Shown: positions 30,489 to 41,224 of the stretch, piece after piece | Numbering within the stretch: position 1 is the stretch's first letter | Layout of the letters: the number at the start of each line of letters is the position of its first letter | NCBI GenBank assembly: GCA_964572155.1 | Contig: CAZNDZ010000001.1 | Span: forward strand, 79,300-143,299 | DNA length: 64,000 bases | From: an uncultured Planctomycetales bacterium | GTDB taxonomy: Bacteria > Omnitrophota > Gorgyraeia > Zapsychrales > Fredricksoniimonadaceae | Direction: 5' to 3' | Program-made: the position numbers and the translations under genes | The notes under the pieces: model-generated | What the model was told of the DNA's origin: nothing | The model's input: the letters and a program-made list of their open reading frames with translations, nothing else | Database searches by the model: none

Positions 30489-31900
30489 TTTCTCACCGCC
30501 ACCGCAACCAAGGTTGTTCCAAAAGGCATGGGGATTTTACCGTATAGAAAAACTTCTGCTTTAAGCAATGTTGTCATAAAACCATTGAATCCGGATACTG
30601 GATTCAAATACATATCAGTCGACGGTGACGCATCACGCGCGAATATCTTGTGCAATATACGCACGATGGCAACAGGAAGAAATGGCAGGCAGAATAAATA
30701 ATTTAACTGCTTGATCTCAAACCCTGCTTCTTCTAATAATGTCCTCACATCCCGTGGATTATATCTGCGCAAATGCGACAAAGCCTCATCATGGGGCCCA
30801 AATAAAAAACGGCACGCCGGTACTGTTATGATCAGTTGTCCATTTTCTTTGAGTGTATCTTTTAACTGACGAACCACCGCCCAAGGATTACGTGTGTGTT
30901 CAATGACATCTAATGACAAGACAACATCAAATGTATTGGCTTTAAATGGCAATTGATCTAAATTCCCACGCACCAAGCTTGTATGCCCATTGGCTTGACA
31001 AAACTTTAATGCCTGCGACGAGACATCAAGACCAACATATGGACCTTGGGCGCCTAAAAAACGCATATTATGCCCTGTCCCACAACCCGCATCTAACACC
31101 AATGGGTTTTTAACGTTAACGCATTGTTGTAAAATCTTTCGCATAAAAGCCGCCTTGGTCACAAACCACCAATGATGACTTTCATTCTCATACATCTGGG
31201 CAACATCTTTATCTGACATGTGCTCGTCCTGAGTATTAATCTTTGGAAAATGCCAGATGCGAATACATAAAACATCCCAAAACATTTTAAAATTCATGCT
31301 CAACTGTTTTCGCCTAGAACCATCAACCGTAATAACCTTGGTCTTATAACCTAACTGATAACTAACATAAGCCCATTCCACATCAAAACCATCATCCTCT
31401 AAATAAATACGCCCTAATAATCCCCCTAAATCTTTTTGCCGGATAATACGAAACATGCATGGCAAGAAACATAATTTATCAGCCAAACATGCAGCAACCC
31501 ATCGATCAAAAGCTTTATGTGGCACAACACTTGCCTTAACCCCCAAAACAACTTCTTTAGTATTATCAAATTTATCGACGCATGACAGCACATCGCTTAA
31601 GGACACGTTCAAATCTTCGATAACAACAAGAACACGACCCTTCGCATCAAACAATCCACGTTTAATAGCCGCGGCCCGTCCTAATCCTTTTGGTATTTCA
31701 AGGATACGTCCCGACTTAGGTTGTGTTGCTTTTGCATCATTGACGACAAAAACAATCTCATCACCACCATTCTTTTCACAGAGATCAACGAGTTGCTTAA
31801 TAATTGGTGCTTGCGCTTCAATGATGTTTAATAGAGGAACAATGAAGGAGCGCTCGATCTGCTTATTCATGCGCCCACCTATATAATTTTCGAAAGACAA
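30485..31900 (-). CDS. fusion protein: GT2-like glycosyltransferase N-domain plus class I SAM-dependent methyltransferase C-domain
   Basis: 471 aa; N-half IVFVVNDAKATQ...VVIEDL...DGFDVEW; C-half LDAGCGTGHNMRFL...FDVVLSLDVIEH. Confidence 0.5.
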   Translation of the reverse strand: MSFENYIGGRMNKQIERSFIVPLLNIIEAQAPIIKQLVDLCEKNGGDEIVFVVNDAKATQPKSGRILEIPKGLGRAAAIKRGLFDAKGRVLVVIEDLNVSLSDVLSCVDKFDNTKEVVLGVKASVVPHKAFDRWVAACLADKLCFLPCMFRIIRQKDLGGLLGRIYLEDDGFDVEWAYVSYQLGYKTKVITVDGSRRKQLSMNFKMFWDVLCIRIWHFPKINTQDEHMSDKDVAQMYENESHHWWFVTKAAFMRKILQQCVNVKNPLVLDAGCGTGHNMRFLGAQGPYVGLDVSSQALKFCQANGHTSLVRGNLDQLPFKANTFDVVLSLDVIEHTRNPWAVVRQLKDTLKENGQLIITVPACRFLFGPHDEALSHLRRYNPRDVRTLLEEAGFEIKQLNYLFCLPFLPVAIVRILHKIFARDASPSTDMYLNPVSGFNGFMTTLLKAEVFLYGKIPMPFGTTLVAVAVRK

Positions 31901-34460
31901 TGAACATGGCTATTAACGCCGCTATGACAGCAACAACAATCAAAATTCTTAAAGGACTATCTGGCCAATAAGTTAATAGAATTTGATGCTCACCCGCCTT
32001 TAATGGGGCACCGATAAAATAACCATTAATCTTTGAGATCGGCGTTCTTACCCCGTCAATGGTTAACTGCCACTTCGGATCATATGGCATATGCATGACC
32101 CACCAACCATCACGTTTGACTTGATAGGTAAATCCAAATTCATCTTGAGTGTTACGCCAAACATCGAGCAAAGCTTCTGGGGTGTCAACGCGCAACGACA
32201 ATGAATCCTGTTTGATGGGCGATGTTGCTGGCATTAAAACTGTTAAATATCCATCACGAACATTATTAACATCAAATGTAAACGGCGCAACCAAAGCCCC
32301 TTGTGCAGGGATTAAGGGTTGAGCGCCAATAGAGAGTTGCCATAGCTGAACATCGGGTGTAAATACTGTGGTTGATAGGTACCTTGGAAAGTCATCCGGC
32401 AGCGCCCACTGATATTCAATGTTTTTTTCTTTCTTTTGCATCTTAGCCAGATTTAACGAGAACATATATTCATTGCGTTTAAAATTCACTGGCAATGGCG
32501 CTGGTAAAATTAAACCATTGAAGTTTTTAACTTTATCTAAATTTTCCCCTTCTGCTTGAACAATCCGACGATCCAAATTTCCCGATAAGATTGTTGCAAA
32601 GTGATCTTGATTAGGCAAGATTGCTGCATCAGCCATAAACATGATCCGCCCATCTCTTCGGATGTATTGTTGAATATGCTTATCCTTGTTAATATCCTTA
32701 AACACTTTTAAACGTGGCACATAAATAGACGTGTCTCGCTCTAGGCGTAACACCAGCGGCATGTACTGATAAAACTGTCCGAACATGCCTTGGAACTCAA
32801 CGAGCAATGGGAATACCACCTGATCGTCTGTTCGATAAAAGAAGCGCACTGGCAAGATCCTAGGATTCTGATAATCTAAGATCATAGGTACGGGCGGTGT
32901 ATACATCGGGCTAAAAACACGGGGCTTAACCCGCAACCCATCCCAATAGGCACCATTCATGTCGACGCTGGGGGTATTGATGTATTGTTTAAGCACACTA
33001 AATTCAACCGCCATCACCATGGTAAACAATGCCAAGGCCAACCACACCCTCAAAGCAGCTTTGATTTGTTTGAGATCAAAGAGTATGAAGAATATAAAAA
33101 ATATAACTAACACCTTCATTGCATATACTTTCACCAAAGGATTGGCAATGTAGGCACAAGCAATGATAAGACTGCCTAAAACTCCCTTAATGAAATTGAT
33201 GCGTTTGGCGTAAATTTTGGTCGTATCTTTTTTAATGATGGCGATGCATGCATTGATCCCAAGACACACCGGAACAGCGAGCGTCAAATACCACAACAAT
33301 ACGGCATAGTGAAAACTGCGCACTAAAAAACAAAATGGATTGGTCAACGCATCTAGCCAATGCGCCCACATCATCCATCCCCCTTGATTCGAGGGTACAT
33401 TTAAAAAAGCCATCATGATGGCTGCTGTGATAAAAATTGGCTTATAAGGATGTTTTCCTAATATTAGACCAATCGCCGATAAAACCATGATGGTAATTCC
33501 TAAAAATATCCCGCTTAAGTACCAACCGCTTGTCGTAAAATCAACCGCATGTGAAAAGACTTGCTGGCTGGAGACAAAGTAACGCAATGGGTCGTGCATC
33601 ATCGCATGTGGATTATAAATGCGGCTAAAACGGCCTTCCGATCCCCCCAAACCTGTCCCCACCATCTCAAAATCACTTATCACATTTGTACCCCACCATA
33701 TCACGGGTAGAAAGATCAAGATCGCGACTAAACACGCCTGCGAAACTTTTAACCAATTGACCTTATCTTTCACCAAAGGCTTTTGCCGTCTCTGGAAAAT
33801 AAGCCAAATCATCAACATATCAAATAAAAATAAATGCACTGTCTGATAAAAGAAGCCTAGCCCAACATACAGTGCGTTGTTTGCTGCAAATAAAAACACC
33901 AAGATAGATGCGATGACCGCTTTAAATGATCGTGTGTCCCAGAAATAAACCAAACAAAACATTAAAAGTGGTAAATAATTGTAGACAGATGAAATACATA
34001 AACCGCCTAAATGGATCATGGCTATAGCGCAAAAACAATTGACCAAGATTGTTGTGATCAATGCAGTCAAACGTGATTTTGTCATATACCGCGTTAAAAG
34101 ATAAATCCCAAATGTCCGCAAGATTAAACCCAGACCATGGAATGCTAATAAATACCAGTGATGAAAGAACTGGGCAGGATCTTTTACAAACGGAGACAAA
34201 ACAACATACCCGAGAGCAATCACAAAATTAAACGGCGTATACAGTCCGACGGATAATTGGGCATATGATCCATTTAGTAAATCGTATCGATTAAACAGCT
34301 GGATATTGCCTTGATAAAACTGGCCAATTAAATAAAACACATATTGCATGGGGCCACAGGTTTCATGCCCTTGCACCAAACGCATGTCAAGCTTTGTAAA
34401 AAGCTCCGGATAGAGACATGCTGCAATAATAAGATTAATAACAATGCTTAAAAACAACAC
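31863..34460 (-). CDS. family-B large membrane protein (copy B1), tentatively YfhO-like GT-C glycosyltransferase
   Basis: 865 aa; N-terminal LYPELF...FYQGNIQLFNRYD, multi-TM core, C-terminal PYDPKWQLTIDGVRTPISKINGYFIGAPLKAGEHQILLTYWPDSPLRIL plus final TM helix. Confidence 0.6.
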   Translation of the reverse strand: MLFLSIVINLIIAACLYPELFTKLDMRLVQGHETCGPMQYVFYLIGQFYQGNIQLFNRYDLLNGSYAQLSVGLYTPFNFVIALGYVVLSPFVKDPAQFFHHWYLLAFHGLGLILRTFGIYLLTRYMTKSRLTALITTILVNCFCAIAMIHLGGLCISSVYNYLPLLMFCLVYFWDTRSFKAVIASILVFLFAANNALYVGLGFFYQTVHLFLFDMLMIWLIFQRRQKPLVKDKVNWLKVSQACLVAILIFLPVIWWGTNVISDFEMVGTGLGGSEGRFSRIYNPHAMMHDPLRYFVSSQQVFSHAVDFTTSGWYLSGIFLGITIMVLSAIGLILGKHPYKPIFITAAIMMAFLNVPSNQGGWMMWAHWLDALTNPFCFLVRSFHYAVLLWYLTLAVPVCLGINACIAIIKKDTTKIYAKRINFIKGVLGSLIIACAYIANPLVKVYAMKVLVIFFIFFILFDLKQIKAALRVWLALALFTMVMAVEFSVLKQYINTPSVDMNGAYWDGLRVKPRVFSPMYTPPVPMILDYQNPRILPVRFFYRTDDQVVFPLLVEFQGMFGQFYQYMPLVLRLERDTSIYVPRLKVFKDINKDKHIQQYIRRDGRIMFMADAAILPNQDHFATILSGNLDRRIVQAEGENLDKVKNFNGLILPAPLPVNFKRNEYMFSLNLAKMQKKEKNIEYQWALPDDFPRYLSTTVFTPDVQLWQLSIGAQPLIPAQGALVAPFTFDVNNVRDGYLTVLMPATSPIKQDSLSLRVDTPEALLDVWRNTQDEFGFTYQVKRDGWWVMHMPYDPKWQLTIDGVRTPISKINGYFIGAPLKAGEHQILLTYWPDSPLRILIVVAVIAALIAMFIVFRKLYRWAHE

Positions 34461-36679
34461 TATGTGCTCCCCTTTAATTTATAGGCAACCAAATATTTTC
34501 CTTGTGCAACAGGCTCATAGTTTTGAAAAACAAAATCCGTTACATACAACATGCTTGAATAATAAAAGTAGAACTGCTCTGAGAGTGGCCGCATGGTTAG
34601 AACGCGCTCAACAAAAACATACTGTGGCTTATCTTTCGACAATCGCTCAATGACTTTGTTTAATTGATCAATGGTATAAATACTGCTGCGCACCAATGTC
34701 CTTGATCGCAAAGGATGCGAAATCGCTAATGGGAAATAATAAAAATACGGACGCCGTTTGGCATCCATCAACATTTTAATTTCAAAACTACTAATCAATG
34801 CAACAGGCTCTTGAGGCCCAGTCAAACGGTCGATCAAATCAGCATCAACACCAAAATCTGATTCAGCTTTGTAATATAACAACAACGCGTCATCCGAGGT
34901 AAAATTACCTTCCTCAACAATGGCTTCATTGTTGTCTCCAAGAGAGTTAACAGGGACTTTCAACGCTTCATTATAACCGCGATATAAATGATTAAAATAC
35001 GGATCCCCACTGCTTAATGGTTGAGCAAATTGAACATCGGTCAAAGGATTACGTGTAAGGCTTAAACGATTTGGATAGGCAATAAAATTTTGATTCAGCA
35101 CAAGTAAAGCGATGCTCAATGACAACACAATGACATGAAACAACCGTCGCTGATAGCAACTGGCCCCAAACATAAGGATCATGACAAACGGCAAGGATAC
35201 GACGTAGTAGCTCGACGGACCTGAACGGGCTACATAGTAGTGATACACACACAACCCATAAACACCGATAACACAGGCAAAGATATGTCGCTGACTGATC
35301 TTCTTTAAAACTATGAGTGTCCCAACGACTAAAAGTGCCAATACATAGACAGCAGGCAAAACAAAGCCCATGAGACTGGCCAAGAATTGCCGGTCTTGTA
35401 AACCGCTGTAGATCGGCGTTAATCCAAAGCCGTTTAAGAAATACGCAACAAATTCTGAGGTGTTATTCCAAAATTGTTTTGTTGCTACGACTGGACCAAT
35501 AAAAATAAACATGCATACAATCATGACAATAGGCGGCACCATCAACACACCTAAATAGGCAATGCGTCGCATCAGGCCATTGTGCCATACCCAATAAAAA
35601 AGATAGAAAGTAAACATGGCAAGCAAATAAACACCATCGGATGGGATATAAAACAATTGCAAGCCGCATGCAACAGCGCCCATGATCAACCAACCCACAG
35701 AAGGACGATAGATATGCACTAAAATGGATATCATGACAAAGATATCAAACCAGTTGCGTAAGACAGTGGCGCTGCCATACGTAAATGCAAACGGGTAAAC
35801 GCCTGCATTAAACAATTGAAATTTTAAAACCAAGAATACACCCGCGGCAGCTAGAATCGTGCTCTTTAACCACGCACGCATGAGAAAGAACCAAAGGGTG
35901 TAATAGATGATCGCCCCCCATATCATCATTTGTAATCCGCTTTCATAGGTGAACCCACCAAAAAGCTGACCAAGGCTTCCAAATATAGCCCCCACCCCAA
36001 CCCCATACTGACTAATGATATCCCAATCAAGCCGGCTTCCGCTCACATAAGCCCACGCTGGCCCATAAATAAAACTATCATTATGATGGAATTGCTCTCC
36101 GACAAAGAACCGCGCCACCACGCCAGGTAAATTAGGAACATCGATGATCAAAAAAATAATGATCGGCATGACAAGCATTAAGGCTCGATCTAAAAAGACT
36201 TCGTTGTCTTTATCCTTACAAAAATGGCTGAGGGCATCAAGACAACGCTGTGCCCATGGCCATAATGCCTTGATTATGAAAGCTACAACACTTAAAAGAA
36301 GCAAAGCTCTCTTAGCTAGTTCAGGATGCGCGGCATAAACACTGATTTTAAAACAAGCTCCCAGCATTGCTACAGTGAGTAATCCTTCTATAACAATATA
36401 TCGCCGGATAGACGTAACTTTATTAACCCAAAAATACCAAAAGATCGCACTGGCAATCGTGCTTAAGATAAAGCATCGATATAACAATGTTTCCCATTCT
36501 GGACGTAATAATGACAGCCATTCGGGGACAATGGTTGCACTCAATGCCAAATGAGGCGTCTGCGCTGATAAGACCTGCGCTAAAATAATGGTCAGCTGAA
36601 TGCCGCACATCAAACTTAGCACAACCATTTGGATATAATCTTTATGCTTGTTCACGACGATACCCTTCCCAGAATACAT
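34460..36679 (-). CDS. family-A large polytopic membrane protein (copy A4)
   Basis: 739 aa; LRPEWETLLYR, IKALWPWAQRC, GEQFHHNDSF...IISQYGVG, YPNRLSLTRNPLTD, VALISSFEIKMLMDAKRRPYFYYFP, YVFVERVL, YEPVAQGKYLVAYK. Confidence 0.7.
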   Translation of the reverse strand: MYSGKGIVVNKHKDYIQMVVLSLMCGIQLTIILAQVLSAQTPHLALSATIVPEWLSLLRPEWETLLYRCFILSTIASAIFWYFWVNKVTSIRRYIVIEGLLTVAMLGACFKISVYAAHPELAKRALLLLSVVAFIIKALWPWAQRCLDALSHFCKDKDNEVFLDRALMLVMPIIIFLIIDVPNLPGVVARFFVGEQFHHNDSFIYGPAWAYVSGSRLDWDIISQYGVGVGAIFGSLGQLFGGFTYESGLQMMIWGAIIYYTLWFFLMRAWLKSTILAAAGVFLVLKFQLFNAGVYPFAFTYGSATVLRNWFDIFVMISILVHIYRPSVGWLIMGAVACGLQLFYIPSDGVYLLAMFTFYLFYWVWHNGLMRRIAYLGVLMVPPIVMIVCMFIFIGPVVATKQFWNNTSEFVAYFLNGFGLTPIYSGLQDRQFLASLMGFVLPAVYVLALLVVGTLIVLKKISQRHIFACVIGVYGLCVYHYYVARSGPSSYYVVSLPFVMILMFGASCYQRRLFHVIVLSLSIALLVLNQNFIAYPNRLSLTRNPLTDVQFAQPLSSGDPYFNHLYRGYNEALKVPVNSLGDNNEAIVEEGNFTSDDALLLYYKAESDFGVDADLIDRLTGPQEPVALISSFEIKMLMDAKRRPYFYYFPLAISHPLRSRTLVRSSIYTIDQLNKVIERLSKDKPQYVFVERVLTMRPLSEQFYFYYSSMLYVTDFVFQNYEPVAQGKYLVAYKLKGST

Positions 36680-39215
36680 ATACCAAACCCACGATGCTTA
36701 AAATTGCTGATAATAGCAGCATTGCCCTTAAAAGCGTCTGGGGCCAATATTGCAACAAGATGCGATGCTCACCTGATGTAAGAAAAGTTGTCATGTAATA
36801 TTTATTGGCACGATATAAATTTTGCGTTTTCCCGTCGACTTGAATTCTCCACTTTGGATCAAAAGGATACTGAAATACAATCCACCCATCCTTTGGTGCT
36901 TTATAATTAAATCCCCACGCATCGTGCGTATTACGCCAAACTGATGATATGTCATCAAATTGTTTCAATGTTAATTGTGCTTTCTTTCCTCGAATATCGA
37001 CATCAACTGGTAAACGTAAAACAACTTTTCCTTCTTTGACATTTCCAACATCAAATGAATAGGCATGATTTAAATAACCTTGAGCTGGCTCAAAACGTTT
37101 AGCATCAATCGTTAGCTCCAATGCAGCATAATCTTGCGTAAACAACGATGTGGCAACATGCTTAGGGAAACTTTTAGGCAAATCAATGAAATATAACATC
37201 GCATCGCCCCGCCTGATCTTTAGTGCCGCATCTACATCCAGTTCAAAATCTGTCTTCAGCTGTGTAGGCAAAGAAAGCGGCTTAACAGCGACATCAGGCG
37301 ACGTTAAATTATCGACGCTTTGATCAACCAACACAACCTGACGATCTAGATTATTTGCTAACAAATCACCCATACTTACTTTCGCTTGATCCATGGCATA
37401 AGGCGCAAAGAACACATTGCGCCCGTTTCGTTGCAAATATAATGCATTGGCTTGATCGTCCCCTAAATCTTTAAACGCCATTGGCCTTGGATCATAAATC
37501 CGACTCGGACGAACGTAACGCTCTGGGATTGGACAATAACTATAAAATGCGCCGTAAGCATTTTGATTAGTTTTTATCGGAGGATCCACTTCTGATAAGC
37601 TGGTCTTATAAAAAATGCGCTGAGGGAATATTTTTGGATTCTGATAATCCAAAATTTGTGGACGATCAGACATTGTGTTTTTATACACTTGCGCTTTTAA
37701 TTGTACCTGTTCATCAAGGTCCCAATTAATATAATGATGCAGCGCCCAGAAATCGACACCCAGCAACCCCACCCCGAGAACCGCCGCGACAAAAACATGC
37801 TTAAGGTACTTTGACTGGCTAAAAATCAATAAGAAGGCAATGATGAAAAACGATTGGATAAATAAATACCGCTTAAACCCCGCTGGACCAAAATACAGAA
37901 ATAATCCACAAAGCCCAGCAAAAATTCCGCACACAATAAGCACCCGATCCTGATAAATCTTTTCATGCTGTTTTAAAACAAGCGCCAACACGGCCTCTAC
38001 CCCTAACGCTATTAACGGCACAAGAGAGAAATACCACAATAAGGCTGACATATGAAAACTGCGATCTAAAAAATGAAATGGATTGGTCAATACGTTAATC
38101 CAATGGGCGAAGGCAAATATATCTTTGGGATTGGCTGGAACATTTAGACTAAATAAAAATACAGCTAGCCATATCACCGCATGTTTTAGCTTCTGTCGTG
38201 ATAGAACAGCCCCCATGACCACTAGAAAAAACGCACCAAAACCCACAAACATCCAATTTGAACCCCATCGTGTTTCTTGGTAATCAAAGGTCTTGATCAA
38301 TAATAAGAGCGGGTGTGCATATGAACGTCCTGGAAAATTAAAATAATCTTGTATACCCTGTCCTTGTAGACGCCCTTGAGTCCCATTCAAACCTGAATCA
38401 GCAATAAAAAAATCCGTCTTAAAATAATGATTCATCACGATGTACGGCAAAAGTATACCGCCGATTATTGCTAGGATGCTAAGCGAATAACGCCACGACG
38501 CAGGTTGAAATGTTTTTGGAATTTTTTTTAAATAAAAAATTGTCACAATAACCATGCTTATAACAAAAAAGTGCACCAGCAGATAAAAATAACTTAAAGC
38601 AAAGAACGGCGAATTAGCGATGGCAATCGCCATGACCAGCGCCGCAAGCAAAAAGTCTCTTAACTTATAATGTTCAAAGAAATTTATAATGAAATAAAAC
38701 ACCAAGGGCAAATAGCTGTAAAGAATATTGGTGTGCATGCCGCGATTTATCAATTGTGACGATAAGAACACATTAAAGAAAATTAGACTTACTACAATCG
38801 CCACTTTATTTTTTGTGAACTTACAGATCAACAAATACCCGCCTAGAATGCGTAACACCGCAGCCAAGGTGTAAAATCCTATGGAATAAACTTGATGTAG
38901 GAGTTCACCTGAAAAATGACTTAACGGACTGATCACAAGATAAACAGCAGCTAAAATCATATCTGCGATCGAATATAGCCCTGCTGTCATCAAATTATAG
39001 ATATTACTTAAATGGTCGAAGCGGTCATATAGCTGCACCCCGCCTTGAAAAAAATGCGACACCAGCATGAAAAGATTTTCTTCATGCAATTCCGTATCAT
39101 GAGACATCATGAATCGACGAGAACAATGGATGAATTGATCAGGATAAAGCAACGCTAAGATGACCATGGTCAATAAAAATGTCACGCCTATATCACGCCA
39201 CACGTGCTGTTTCAT
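36642..39215 (-). CDS. family-B large membrane protein (copy B2), YfhO-like
   Basis: 857 aa; LYPDQF...FFQGGVQLYDRFD; C-terminal PFDPKWRIQVDGKTQNLYRANKYYMTTFLTSGEHRILLQYWPQTLLR plus terminal TM. Confidence 0.6.
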   Translation of the reverse strand: MKQHVWRDIGVTFLLTMVILALLYPDQFIHCSRRFMMSHDTELHEENLFMLVSHFFQGGVQLYDRFDHLSNIYNLMTAGLYSIADMILAAVYLVISPLSHFSGELLHQVYSIGFYTLAAVLRILGGYLLICKFTKNKVAIVVSLIFFNVFLSSQLINRGMHTNILYSYLPLVFYFIINFFEHYKLRDFLLAALVMAIAIANSPFFALSYFYLLVHFFVISMVIVTIFYLKKIPKTFQPASWRYSLSILAIIGGILLPYIVMNHYFKTDFFIADSGLNGTQGRLQGQGIQDYFNFPGRSYAHPLLLLIKTFDYQETRWGSNWMFVGFGAFFLVVMGAVLSRQKLKHAVIWLAVFLFSLNVPANPKDIFAFAHWINVLTNPFHFLDRSFHMSALLWYFSLVPLIALGVEAVLALVLKQHEKIYQDRVLIVCGIFAGLCGLFLYFGPAGFKRYLFIQSFFIIAFLLIFSQSKYLKHVFVAAVLGVGLLGVDFWALHHYINWDLDEQVQLKAQVYKNTMSDRPQILDYQNPKIFPQRIFYKTSLSEVDPPIKTNQNAYGAFYSYCPIPERYVRPSRIYDPRPMAFKDLGDDQANALYLQRNGRNVFFAPYAMDQAKVSMGDLLANNLDRQVVLVDQSVDNLTSPDVAVKPLSLPTQLKTDFELDVDAALKIRRGDAMLYFIDLPKSFPKHVATSLFTQDYAALELTIDAKRFEPAQGYLNHAYSFDVGNVKEGKVVLRLPVDVDIRGKKAQLTLKQFDDISSVWRNTHDAWGFNYKAPKDGWIVFQYPFDPKWRIQVDGKTQNLYRANKYYMTTFLTSGEHRILLQYWPQTLLRAMLLLSAILSIVGLVYVFWEGYRREQA

Positions 39216-41224
39216 GAACCTATCCTTTTATAAGCGATCAAATATGTCCCCACCTTAAAAGGCATGTAATGTTGGCTGATGTGCTTAACTAATCCTGTCA
39301 ATGCGCTTTGGCCTTGTTGCTGTAACTCTTTCTTCTCAATGAAAATATACTGAGGTTTTTCTTTCTCAATTTGCGCGATGGTTTTCCTTAATCGGTCATA
39401 GGTATGTAAATACGTTAAACGCGCTTGAGGATTATCCATTAGCGACGATTCAATCAACGGTGAATAATAAAAGAATGGCGGACGATTGGCTTGCATGAGG
39501 ATTTTTGTTTCAAAACTACTGATGATAGCGATGCGTTCATTGGGCTTAGTCAGCACAGCAATAAAGGCGGCATCATCTTTAAAATCAAAACGTTGTTGAT
39601 AATAACCAACCTCTTCCTGCCATTTAAGGCCACTTAAATTCAAAATGTTGGGATAATAGGTAAATAAATAGCTCGTCATCAATATAGGCAACATGATGAT
39701 GGCCGCAAGCTTCCTAACATACTGTGGCAGAATTTCTTTAAGCCAAAGACATAAAATTAAAACAAGTGGGATGCAGACAGCGTAATAACTTGTCACACCC
39801 GAGCGATGAATAAAATAATGATATAAGCCCAAACCATATAGGCTTAAAAACAACGTGAAGTACTGCTTACGTAAAAAGCTGTACACCATATTGCCGGCAT
39901 AAAAAATGGGGATCATAAAGCCGATGATAAACGCAAAATATTGTTTTTCTTTAAGCCCCTCCGTCATAGGCAATGCGCCCCAACCTTGCACAAATAAACC
40001 TGCGAACTCAAATTGATGCTGCCAAAAGCTAGGTGTCAACACTGCGTGTGGTTGTAGGATCGCCAGAAAACAAAATGCTAAAAATAAAATCGCAGGAACA
40101 ACAATAAAGACTTTCTTCCATTGGGTTAGCAACAAATACGCGCCTAATGCTGCCATCAGGTAAACCCCAACATCAATCATCCAACATAAAGACAAAGCCA
40201 CTGAAACAACGCTCATATAAAACCATCGGCGCTGTTGTGTTTGTAAATATTGCCAAAATGCAAAAAAGAATATCACATCTGGCAAGTGACGCAAAGCCGT
40301 CGCACTAGGGTATTGCCAAACAAGCGGAGCTACTCCCCAATGAAACAACTGCAACTTAATGGCCAATAATGTTCCAAAAACCGCAACCGCTCTTGACCCC
40401 AACCAAAACACTATAAAAAAATACAGAGCCGCATAATACGCAAGATTAAGACCAATCAACAACGTTACAGCCCCTTGATAATTAAATTGATGCAGTAAAT
40501 TAAGGATGTTCGACAAGACAATAGGAAGGCCGACGCTATATTGACTGGTGATATCACTGTTTAACACTAGGTGCTTTAAATGCGCCCACCCTGGGGTCAT
40601 GAGCATGCTATCTAAATGATAGAATTGATCGTGCACAAACATACGGCCAAGAACACGATCCATTTGAAATGGAAATAACAACACAACCATCCCTACAAGA
40701 AATGCAAAATCCCAAGCCATAGGAAACGTTACGGATGCAAATGATACTCGACGCTCCCATAATTTAAGCATCACCTTCTCAATCTCTGGCCAAAAAATAT
40801 GAGCAAACACCGTCGCTATCATTACCCCATACATCATAACCACCGCCCATAACGGCGCGCCCCATACAAGGACTTTAAACACAAAAAAGATCTGCACAAA
40901 TATGCAACATCCGCTAAAAATGATGTAATTGATATAGCGTCGCCATAAACCTTCTTGGTCTATGTGATTGCGCAGATGCCTAACCCATAGGAACATCACC
41001 GCCATCGCTATGATCACAAAAAGCCTAAACAATAGCATTTCTCTCTCAGGGCGAACCTCTGGCAAATAAACAGGAAAAATTTTCGCGACAAAATCTGTTT
41101 TCTTGTAGGGAATGAATTGAATGGTCGCAGCAATGAAGATAAGGCATTGCAGGGCCTGCAAAAAGCTCATTGCAGCCAACGTCACAACATTAAGAAAGCC
41201 AAGTTCTTTGAAAATTTTCTTCAT
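39212..41224 (-). CDS. family-A large polytopic membrane protein (copy A5)
   Basis: 670 aa; LPEVRPEREMLLFR, AHIFWPEIEKV, HDQFYHLDSM...ITSQYSVG, LFHWGVAPLVWQYPSAT, IAIISSFETKILMQANRPPFFYYSP, YIFIEKKEL, YMPFKVGTYLIAYKR. Confidence 0.7.
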   Translation of the reverse strand: MKKIFKELGFLNVVTLAAMSFLQALQCLIFIAATIQFIPYKKTDFVAKIFPVYLPEVRPEREMLLFRLFVIIAMAVMFLWVRHLRNHIDQEGLWRRYINYIIFSGCCIFVQIFFVFKVLVWGAPLWAVVMMYGVMIATVFAHIFWPEIEKVMLKLWERRVSFASVTFPMAWDFAFLVGMVVLLFPFQMDRVLGRMFVHDQFYHLDSMLMTPGWAHLKHLVLNSDITSQYSVGLPIVLSNILNLLHQFNYQGAVTLLIGLNLAYYAALYFFIVFWLGSRAVAVFGTLLAIKLQLFHWGVAPLVWQYPSATALRHLPDVIFFFAFWQYLQTQQRRWFYMSVVSVALSLCWMIDVGVYLMAALGAYLLLTQWKKVFIVVPAILFLAFCFLAILQPHAVLTPSFWQHQFEFAGLFVQGWGALPMTEGLKEKQYFAFIIGFMIPIFYAGNMVYSFLRKQYFTLFLSLYGLGLYHYFIHRSGVTSYYAVCIPLVLILCLWLKEILPQYVRKLAAIIMLPILMTSYLFTYYPNILNLSGLKWQEEVGYYQQRFDFKDDAAFIAVLTKPNERIAIISSFETKILMQANRPPFFYYSPLIESSLMDNPQARLTYLHTYDRLRKTIAQIEKEKPQYIFIEKKELQQQGQSALTGLVKHISQHYMPFKVGTYLIAYKRIGS

